A stretch of 32,000 bases of DNA. Origin: Anaerolineae bacterium. GTDB taxonomy: Bacteria > Chloroflexota > Anaerolineae > Anaerolineales > Anaerolineaceae. Position numbers and translations under genes: made by a program. Shown one piece after another: positions 25,662 through 32,000 of the stretch. Location of the stretch: contig JABLWW010000006.1 of the NCBI GenBank assembly GCA_013178295.1, positions 58,141 to 90,140 of the forward strand, read 5' to 3'. Each line of letters starts with the position of its first letter. Position 1 is the stretch's first letter. The notes beneath the pieces were generated by a model that did no database searches, had not been told where the DNA came from, and saw nothing but the letters and a program-made list of their open reading frames with translations.

Positions 25662-25730
25662 GAATCACCCCCCACATCATAAAAAGAAGATAGGTACATT
25701 GGCTCTCCTTGATACACTGGATTGCATCAT

Positions 25731-25759
25731 ATTATACAACTATATTTTATTTATGTCAA
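25731..25759 (-). promoter_or_regulatory. Consensus sigma70 promoter for the minus-strand operon
   Basis: On the minus strand: TTGACA (25759-25754), 17-nt spacer, TATAAT (25736-25731). The predicted TSS is about 60 nt upstream of ATG 25661. Confidence 0.7.
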
Positions 25760-25817
25760 CAAAAACAAGCCAAAAGAGAATTAACCCCCTCTTTTTTACT
25801 TGTTTTTCTTCATATAG

Positions 25818-25846
25818 TTGACATTTATACAATTATGTTGTATAAT
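25818..25846 (+). promoter_or_regulatory. Consensus sigma70 promoter for the CUT1 ABC operon
   Basis: TTGACA (25818-25823), 17-nt spacer, TATAAT (25841-25846). The predicted leader to GTG 26066 is about 213 nt. Confidence 0.7.
25825..25845. promoter_or_regulatory. Palindromic operator candidate overlapping the spacer and -10 of the plus-strand promoter
   Basis: TTATACAA (25825-25832), TTATG, TTGTATAA (25838-25845): perfect 8-5-8 inverted repeat. An IclR regulator is encoded in the downstream operon. Confidence 0.5.
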
Positions 25847-26065
25847 GTGTGCGTAATCCTTGTTTCACCCATTAAAATCCCCGGGTAAAACTGTTTTTAG
25901 TTCATTATTGACGTCTATACGGGTTTATGTTGTGTTAACGTCAACGTTGTAGCAAATGAGTATGGTTTCAGAGGAGGTGAAACGCTAAGAAATCAGGAAG
26001 GATATTCCCCAAAAAGCATCTGTTCACATTCAAGATCAGCAACTATTTTAGAAGGAGAGATTGAG

Positions 26066-27442
26066 GTGAGAAAAAATACTTGGAAGTTTGTAAGCTTGTT
26101 TGTCGTCGCGTTGATGCTGTTCGGCGCGTGTACACCTGCGGTAACTCCAGCTCCGACAGAGCCTGCGGCTCCTGCTGAGCAGCCTGCTGCCCCACCCGCT
26201 CCGCCTGCCGAGCCCACTAAGGCACCTGAATCCCCACCCACAGCGCCCGCCGCGTCTGAAGCCAGCGTTACTGTCGTTCACTACTTCAGTGATACATTGG
26301 GCAAGGAGACAGTTACCAAAATCTTTGACAGTTTCACCAAAGAAAGCGGTATCAAGGTAATTGACAATACCACTGGTCATGAGGATTTTAAAGCTCAGAT
26401 CCTGGTCATGTTAGCTGGCGACAACCCTCCCGACCTGTTCTCCTACTGGGCTGGGGCGCGTGTCCAGTTTGTGGTGGACAGTGATCGGCTCGAACCCATT
26501 GACGACATGTGGGCAAGCGAAGGTTTGGACGAGGTTATTCCCCCAGCAGTGGTAAAGGGCTCCATTTATAACGGCAAAAAATACTTGGTGCCCTTTGGCT
26601 ATCACTATGCTGCTCTCTTTTATAACCCCAAGGTGATGCAGCAAGTAGGAATTACGGAGTTCCCCACTGACTGGGAAGGTTTCCTGGCAATGTGCGAAAA
26701 GATCAAGGCTGCAGGTGTGACACCCATTGCTTTGGGTTCTATGAACCGCTGGCCAGCACAATTCTGGTTTGACTACCTGCTTCTGCGTACCGCGGGGCCT
26801 GAATATCGCGCCAAGCTGATGGCTGGGCAGGCAGCTTACACCGACCCTGAGGTGCAAAAAGTAATGGAGATGTGGAAGGAACTGGTTGATAAGGGTTACT
26901 TCGTCAAAGATGCCAATGCCTACGATTGGACTGACGCCTCAGATCAGGTTGCCAATGGCAAAGCTGCTATGACTCTTATGGGCACCTGGATCACTGGTTA
27001 TTGGAATGGAAATGGTCTCAAACCAGTAGATGACTACGACTTCTTCCCCTTCCCAACAATTGAAAAGGGTGTGCCGAACGCCGTTGTTGGCCCTGTGGAC
27101 GGCTGGGTAATGTCAGCAGGCGCTAAAGACAAAGAGGCCTCCAAAAAGCTGATGACCTTTTTGGTCAAAAACACCGATGCATCTGCTACATGGGCAAAGG
27201 GGCAGGGAGCACTTTCCCCGAACAAAAATACCGATCCTTCCATCTACACTGCGGTGATGACCAAAGCCTCAGCCGAAGTTGCCAAAGCAGAAGTATTTGC
27301 CTTCAACTATGACTTGGCAACCACTCCGCCAATGGCAGAGGGTGGCTTGAATATGTTCGCCCAGTTTATGAATGACCCCTCCAAGTACCAGGATTACCTG
27401 GTCGAAACAGAAAACGTTGCCAAAGAGGTCTTCAAGAAATAA
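26066..27442 (+). CDS. ABC transporter extracellular solute-binding lipoprotein (family 1, CUT1 sugar/oligosaccharide type)
   Basis: GTG start with GGAGAG upstream. Lipobox 'LMLFGAC' is followed by an Ala/Pro-rich tether of about 45 aa. The 'FSYWAG', 'ALGSMNRWPAQFWFDY' and 'GTWITGYW' blocks are typical of the family. Confidence 0.88.
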   Translation: MRKNTWKFVSLFVVALMLFGACTPAVTPAPTEPAAPAEQPAAPPAPPAEPTKAPESPPTAPAASEASVTVVHYFSDTLGKETVTKIFDSFTKESGIKVIDNTTGHEDFKAQILVMLAGDNPPDLFSYWAGARVQFVVDSDRLEPIDDMWASEGLDEVIPPAVVKGSIYNGKKYLVPFGYHYAALFYNPKVMQQVGITEFPTDWEGFLAMCEKIKAAGVTPIALGSMNRWPAQFWFDYLLLRTAGPEYRAKLMAGQAAYTDPEVQKVMEMWKELVDKGYFVKDANAYDWTDASDQVANGKAAMTLMGTWITGYWNGNGLKPVDDYDFFPFPTIEKGVPNAVVGPVDGWVMSAGAKDKEASKKLMTFLVKNTDASATWAKGQGALSPNKNTDPSIYTAVMTKASAEVAKAEVFAFNYDLATTPPMAEGGLNMFAQFMNDPSKYQDYLVETENVAKEVFKK

Positions 27443-27459
27443 CACTGTGTAAGGGGATG

Positions 27460-27492
27460 GGCACATGACGGCACCAAGTGCCGTCATGTGCC
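27460..27492 (+). terminator. Perfect 15-bp stem-loop after the binding-protein gene (partial terminator or mRNA stabiliser)
   Basis: GGCACATGACGGCAC (27460-27474), loop CAA, GTGCCGTCATGTGCC (27478-27492). It lies 18 nt after the stop and is followed by a moderately T-rich stretch. Confidence 0.55.
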
Positions 27493-27572
27493 GTTGGCTT
27501 ATGTTGAAGATTTTTCATCAACACACATGTCGTTATATAATAACAACTAGCAACAAATAAAAAGCTTTTGGC

Positions 27573-28466
27573 ATGGAGATATGCGTGGCACAAAGCAAAA
27601 GATTTTGGCGTATTGTTTTTCTTTCCCTACCACTGTTGTTTTACGCAGTTATTGTAATCATTCCACTTACCTCCTCGTTTTATTACAGCCTGACAAATTG
27701 GAATGGGTTTAGCAAAACTAGCGATTTCGTAGGTCTGGCAAATTTCGCTAAAGTTTCGCGAGACCCACTGTTCCTAAATGCCATCCGTAATACGGTTATC
27801 TGGATGGTGGCAGCCATTGTAGTGCCCTCTGGTTTTGGATTGGCAATTGCTTTGGTTCTGCACCAGGGGGTGCGCGGGGCAAATTTTTTTAAGTCCCTTT
27901 TCTATTTACCCATTTGTCTTTCGCTAGCCGTCATTGGTCAGGTATGGATATGGGTCTATCACCCTGATTGGGGTCTATTGAATGAGATTTTGCGTCTGAT
28001 AGGATTACAAGAAGCAACCAAAGCATGGCTGGCAAACCCCGGCACAGCTTTGCCAGCAGTGATCACTGCCTGGTCATGGCAACAAGTAGGGCTGGCTATG
28101 GTAATTTATCTGGCAGGGCTAACCTCAATTCCTGCCGAGTTGACTGAGGCAGCCGAAATTGATGGCGCAAACTATAGAAACCTGTTGCGTTATGTTATCA
28201 TTCCATTACTCAGCCCCGCCACAGTTGTGGTAATCGCCCTCTCTATTATCAACTCGCTCAAGAGTTTTGACATCGTGTACATCATGACCCAGGGTGGGCC
28301 ATTTCACAAATCGGATACGCTGGCGATGTTTATGTACGTTGAATCGTTCAAAAAATACTATATGGGATATGGCAGCGCTATCTCGGTTGTGTTGTTTCTC
28401 ATCGCGCTGGTGGTGATCATTTTTTACTTCCGACAGGTTCAAGCATTGGAGCATTTATATGACTAG
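27573..28466 (+). CDS. ABC sugar transporter permease (MalF/UgpA-like, CUT1)
   Basis: EAA loop 'EAAEIDGANYRNLLRYVIIPLLSP' and 6 TM helices. GTG 27585 (GGAGA 5 nt upstream) is an alternative start. Confidence 0.9.
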   Translation: MEICVAQSKRFWRIVFLSLPLLFYAVIVIIPLTSSFYYSLTNWNGFSKTSDFVGLANFAKVSRDPLFLNAIRNTVIWMVAAIVVPSGFGLAIALVLHQGVRGANFFKSLFYLPICLSLAVIGQVWIWVYHPDWGLLNEILRLIGLQEATKAWLANPGTALPAVITAWSWQQVGLAMVIYLAGLTSIPAELTEAAEIDGANYRNLLRYVIIPLLSPATVVVIALSIINSLKSFDIVYIMTQGGPFHKSDTLAMFMYVESFKKYYMGYGSAISVVLFLIALVVIIFYFRQVQALEHLYD

Positions 28467-29313
28467 CCGTTCTCGACCAATGTCCAGGTCTCGAATCAGC
28501 CGTGTAGTTGTATTGTATGTTCTATTGAGCCTAGTTGTCCTTATCTATTCTTTGCCCCTGATAGGAGTTCTGCTGACTTCTTTTAAAACCACTGAAGAGA
28601 TTGCGCGCGAAGGCCTGTGGCGGCTTCCTCATGCCCTGCGTTTGACCAACTTTTCTCATGCCTGGATGGAGGGTAACGGAAAGCGCTATATTGTTAATTC
28701 CTTTCTGGTAACGATCCCGGCAACATTTATTTCTATTGCCTTTGGTGTGCTGACCGGTTATGTTTTCAACAAGCTTCCGTTCAAAGGCAGTAACCTGCTT
28801 TTCATCCTGATCATTGCAGGGATGTTTTTTCCACCGCAGATCGTTCTTATTCCCCTGTTCCGTTTCTTCAATGCTGTCAGATTATATGATACGCTCTGGC
28901 CAATGATTATTGTGCACATTGCTTTTGGGATACCAATCTGTACATTGATCATGCGCAATTTTTTTGCCACTATCCCGACAGCCATTCGCGAAGCAGCAAT
29001 TGTGGATGGTGCCAGCGAGCTTCAAATCCTGCTAAAAATTATGTTGCCACTTAGCCTGCCCGCATTAGCTGTTTTGGCTACTTTGCAGTTCACCTGGATC
29101 TGGAATGATTTCCTCTGGCCTATTATCTTCACGCAGTCGGACAAATGGAAAACCATCATGGTAGGGTTGATCGCTCTTAAAGGGCAGTACAGTGTTGCCT
29201 ATGGCGTTCAGGGCGCTATGGCAATTATTGCCAGCGTCCCCACCCTGATCATATTTGTTTTCTTTCAGAGATATTTTATCCGCGGACTAACTCTGGGCGC
29301 GGTGAAAGGTTGA
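28459..29313 (+). CDS. ABC sugar transporter permease (MalG/UgpE-like, CUT1)
   Basis: EAA loop 'EAAIVDGASELQILLKIMLPLSLP'. 8-nt overlap with the upstream permease. Confidence 0.9.
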   Translation: MTSRSRPMSRSRISRVVVLYVLLSLVVLIYSLPLIGVLLTSFKTTEEIAREGLWRLPHALRLTNFSHAWMEGNGKRYIVNSFLVTIPATFISIAFGVLTGYVFNKLPFKGSNLLFILIIAGMFFPPQIVLIPLFRFFNAVRLYDTLWPMIIVHIAFGIPICTLIMRNFFATIPTAIREAAIVDGASELQILLKIMLPLSLPALAVLATLQFTWIWNDFLWPIIFTQSDKWKTIMVGLIALKGQYSVAYGVQGAMAIIASVPTLIIFVFFQRYFIRGLTLGAVKG

Positions 29314-30065
29314 CCACCATGGGCGAAATACAATCATTGGCACGCGGTTTACAGATTCTCGAAAGAATCGCTGAGTCACCACAAGGGGTAAGTATCACAG
29401 AACTGGCAGAGGTTTTTGGTATTGATAAAGGGAGTGTTTCGCGGCTGCTACAAACACTGGCAAAGTATGGGTTTGCCGAAAAGGTTGCCAGCACGCGCCG
29501 CTATGTGCTTGGGGCACAGGTGGTGCGTTTAAGTCGTGTCATGCTAGCGCGCATGCCGTTGCGCGAAACCGCCAGACCTTTTTTAACCCGACTTGTTGAA
29601 CAAACCGGGGAATGCGCCCATCTAGCAATCCTGGCACAGGGGCAAGCGCTGTACATTGACCAACAGGAATCGCCTTTTTCGCTGCGCGTGACGACTGGAG
29701 TGGGTACAATGGCACCGTTGTTTTGTACCGCGCTGGGCAAAGTGTTGCTGGCATTTTGCTACTTGCCGTTACCCGAGTTAAAACCCTACACTGCCCGCAC
29801 TATCACCGACCCACTAATGCTGGAACGACATCTGGAGATCGTGCGTGCCCAGGGATATGCCATAGACGACGAAGAATACAATGTCGGGGTGCGTTGCATC
29901 GCTGTGCCAGTTTATGATGATCGTGCCAGTTGCGTGGCAGCAATAGGCATATCGGGACCCACCAGCCGCCTGACGCTTGAAAAGATCCCCGAAACGGCGC
30001 AAGCGGTGGTGGCAACAGGTAAAGAGCTTTCCGCGCTCTTGGGTTTTTCCGAACACGCATCCTGA
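29310..30065 (+). CDS. IclR-family transcriptional regulator
   Basis: N-terminal wHTH 'ITELAEVFGIDKGSVSRLLQTLAKYGF' and C-terminal effector domain 'GVRCIAVPV...AAIGISGPTSR'. The TTG start at 29310 overlaps the permease stop; ATG 29319 is an alternative. Confidence 0.9.
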   Translation: MTTMGEIQSLARGLQILERIAESPQGVSITELAEVFGIDKGSVSRLLQTLAKYGFAEKVASTRRYVLGAQVVRLSRVMLARMPLRETARPFLTRLVEQTGECAHLAILAQGQALYIDQQESPFSLRVTTGVGTMAPLFCTALGKVLLAFCYLPLPELKPYTARTITDPLMLERHLEIVRAQGYAIDDEEYNVGVRCIAVPVYDDRASCVAAIGISGPTSRLTLEKIPETAQAVVATGKELSALLGFSEHAS

Positions 30066-30289
30066 ATTTGTGCTCATAGTGGTGAAATAGAGCTTTCGTC
30101 CTGACAACAGAAAAAAAGCCTCCCTTCCTCATCACTTTACTTTGGGTATTTGATAGACCATGTTTCTTGTAGTTGTTGTGGGCATTGACGTTGCCTAGCT
30201 CCTGAAGATCATTTTGAGGCAAACCGTTTTCACAATATTTTCCCAATTTCGCCAACCATTTTTTTGGCAGACACATTGATGGGGGGTTC

Positions 30290-30318
30290 TTGCCATGAAT
30301 ATGTATTGTGGCTAAAAT
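30290..30318 (+). promoter_or_regulatory. Promoter candidate placing the TSS at or next to the response-regulator ATG (leaderless or near-leaderless mRNA)
   Basis: TTGCCA (30290-30295), 17-nt spacer, TAAAAT (30313-30318), then 6 nt (AAGAGT) to ATG 30325. No properly spaced SD. Confidence 0.4.
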
Positions 30319-30324
30319 AAGAGT

Positions 30325-30939
30325 ATGAATACTTTGCCAGGACCTCTATTGGTAGTGGAGGATATCCCTAATGTCCGCGATCTGATCGAGATCGCGCTGC
30401 GCTTTAAGGGATATCCGGTCATTACTGCGAGCAATGGACAGGAAGCGTTTGAAAAGATAACTTCAGGGCAACTGCCAGTACTGGTCATTACCGATATTCT
30501 GATGCCAAAGATGGATGGATACAGACTGGCATATAAACTGCGCTCTGATCCATTGACCAGCAGCATCCCAATTATTTTTGTATCAGCCACATATATCACC
30601 CCTGAAGACCGCGAGTTTGCATTTCGATTGGGTGTGGCACGCTTCATTGAGAAGCCCATTGATCTTGAAGATTTCCTCCTAACGGTAGGTGAAATCCTGG
30701 CTGAGACGCCCCCTCCTGTAAAACTGATTTCTGAAGGTGACTTTTACCGGGGATATCGGGATCGTCTAGAGAGCAAGTTGCGACATAAAGTGTCTCAGAT
30801 CATCCGCACCGAACGGCTAATCCAGATTTTGCCGGAGGATCAGAAAAGCGCTTTTGAATCGCTGCTCGAGCAGACAAAACAGGACCGGGATCAAATCCAG
30901 GCAGAACTGGATGGACTTCAGCAGATGCTGAAGTCTTGA
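30325..30939 (+). CDS. Stand-alone response regulator: receiver domain plus C-terminal coiled-coil, no recognisable output domain
   Basis: 'LLVVEDIPNVRDL', phospho-acceptor 'LVITDILMPKMDG', 'IIFVSA', 'IEKP'. The tail 'LLEQTKQDRDQIQAELDGLQQMLKS' is heptad-like. Confidence 0.88.
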   Translation: MNTLPGPLLVVEDIPNVRDLIEIALRFKGYPVITASNGQEAFEKITSGQLPVLVITDILMPKMDGYRLAYKLRSDPLTSSIPIIFVSATYITPEDREFAFRLGVARFIEKPIDLEDFLLTVGEILAETPPPVKLISEGDFYRGYRDRLESKLRHKVSQIIRTERLIQILPEDQKSAFESLLEQTKQDRDQIQAELDGLQQMLKS

Positions 30940-30976
30940 AAATAGCCCGCCGTATTCTTTAGATAAGGACAAGCCA

Positions 30977-32000
30977 GTGATATCGCAGAGTTTTAGAGAC
31001 ATTCAAAGTTCCTGGAGGCTGGTGATCATTTGTGCGCTGATTGCATGGGTTATCTCGCTGTCCATTTCCTATGGCACCGTGCCCGAGTACCGCGCCACGG
31101 CTACTTTTTTGATATTTCCCAATGCCAGTTTGACCAGCAGCCGGGACGTGGTCACTAGCCTGGACACCCTGGACAAGCAGACGGTTACCTTTACATACGC
31201 AGATATTATGGGGAGCAATCGTGTTTTTGCTGAGGCGGTCAAATTGCTCAAACTCGATCCCATGCAGGCGGGCAAATATAATTTTAGGGCTGAAGTGCAA
31301 CCCAACACGAATATCCTGGCGCTCATTGTGGAGGGACCTGATCCTGATATGGCGGTAACCCTTGCCAATAATATGGGGCAGGCAGGGATTAATTACATAA
31401 AGGGAATCTATCAGGTCTTCGATATCACCTTTTTGGATAAAGCAGTCAGACCCGAGCTTCCTTTCCGCCCTACGCCGCTCAGGACCGGTGCGATTTGGGC
31501 AGGTGGCGGATTGCTGGTGGGGATTGCATTGGCGTTACTCAAAGAGTCAATACGCGTGCCACTCGAGACGTTGCGCGAGCGCGCCATTACGGATAGAGAA
31601 TCCGGCGCTTTCAACACACGCTACTTTAAACGCGCTGTTGAGCGTGAGCTAGCGCGCAGTGGAGATACCCCGCTTTCGATAGCGCTTCTGGAATTGGAGG
31701 GTCTGCAGGATGTCGTTGACGCCCTGCCTGCTGCTGTTTTGTCAGATTTGATGCATAAAATCACGGTAGTATTGCGCAATCAATTGCGCGGCAATGATAT
31801 TGTGGCGCGATGGAGCAAGGTGAGTTTTGCCATCTTGTTGCCCGCAACACCCGGTCTGGCAGCCACGCGCACGTTGGAGCGTTTACAACAGGTGCTGACA
31901 GCGCCGGTGGAGATTGGCGTTTCTGGCGATAAGCTGAACCTGTCCCCTTATGTCGGCCTTTCATCACGTTTGCAGGGAGAGGTGGACGAAGAAGCGTTCT
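30977..32000 (+). CDS. Wzz/polysaccharide co-polymerase-type membrane protein fused to a degenerate GGDEF domain (3' end beyond window)
   Basis: Hand translation gives 341 aa with no stop. GTG 30977 has AAGGA 7 nt upstream. TM1 is 'WRLVIICALIAWVISLSI'; Wzz blocks are 'YRATATFLIFPN' and 'ILALIVEGPDPDMAVTLANNMG'; TM2 is 'AIWAGGGLLVGIALALL'. Then comes 'DRESGAFNTRYF...RGNDIVARWSKVSFAILLP' (GGDEF fold, catalytic loop replaced by SKVSF, RxxD kept). Confidence 0.7.
   Translation, partial: MISQSFRDIQSSWRLVIICALIAWVISLSISYGTVPEYRATATFLIFPNASLTSSRDVVTSLDTLDKQTVTFTYADIMGSNRVFAEAVKLLKLDPMQAGKYNFRAEVQPNTNILALIVEGPDPDMAVTLANNMGQAGINYIKGIYQVFDITFLDKAVRPELPFRPTPLRTGAIWAGGGLLVGIALALLKESIRVPLETLRERAITDRESGAFNTRYFKRAVERELARSGDTPLSIALLELEGLQDVVDALPAAVLSDLMHKITVVLRNQLRGNDIVARWSKVSFAILLPATPGLAATRTLERLQQVLTAPVEIGVSGDKLNLSPYVGLSSRLQGEVDEEAF

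Noticed and set aside
26135-26270. Repetitive CCTGC/GCTCC-rich stretch that looks like a short tandem repeat or spacer-repeat array
   Set aside because: It is in frame inside the binding-protein gene and encodes the Ala/Pro-rich lipoprotein tether. There is no regular repeat-spacer periodicity.
29803-30276. 157-aa minus-strand ORF spanning the IclR 3' end and the downstream intergenic region
   Set aside because: More than half is antisense to the well-supported IclR gene. The intergenic N-terminal part has no motif or RBS.
1-32000. Scan for CRISPR repeats, tRNA/rRNA, IS elements, integrases, terminal inverted repeats, toxin-antitoxin pairs or known defence genes
   Set aside because: None recognised by eye on either strand. 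The intergenic space is small and is accounted for by promoters, operators and hairpins. A computational scan (tRNAscan, Infernal, ISfinder, defence-system HMMs) would be needed to exclude small or divergent elements.

Overview
This is a gene-dense chromosomal window with moderate GC. I saw no rRNA, tRNA, CRISPR array, transposase or integrase, and no recognisable defence or toxin genes. Almost everything is carbohydrate uptake and catabolism, organised in four blocks.

(1) 1-4767 (+): the tail of an unknown gene, an MBOAT O-acyltransferase, two tandem paralogous MFS transporters and an inositol-monophosphatase-family enzyme.

(2) 4961-18481 (+): a promoter/operator array, then a CUT2 (RbsA/C/B-type) sugar ABC importer. 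Ten further co-directional genes follow: cyclase-family hydrolase, two SDRs, FGGY kinase, YhfZ-like regulator, DSD1/D-threonine-aldolase-type PLP enzyme, YjbQ, a HAD-fold protein lacking all catalytic Asp, a TIM-barrel sugar-phosphate isomerase/epimerase, and an M24-fold protein lacking most metal ligands.

(3) 18755-25661 (-): an IolD-family TPP enzyme, a GPH symporter, a Gfo/Idh/MocA oxidoreductase, a split transketolase and a long RpiB-like isomerase. This operon is driven from a divergent region (25662-26065) containing two mirrored consensus sigma70 promoters.

(4) 26066-30065 (+): a CUT1 ABC importer (binding protein plus two permeases, no ATPase) and an IclR regulator.

The right edge (30290-32000) holds a stand-alone response regulator. 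It is followed by an ORF absent from the supplied track because it runs off the window. By hand translation this ORF is a Wzz-type polysaccharide co-polymerase membrane module fused to a degenerate GGDEF domain: the catalytic loop reads SKVSF, but an RxxD I-site is retained at canonical spacing.

The most noteworthy items are that fusion, the non-textbook enzyme combination of blocks 2 and 3 (including two apparent pseudoenzymes), and the regulatory DNA architecture. All family assignments come from motif recognition by eye; no database search was run. Lipoprotein-type binding proteins with Ala/Pro-rich tethers suggest a monoderm-like envelope (Chloroflexota, Firmicutes or Actinobacteria type), which is inference only.
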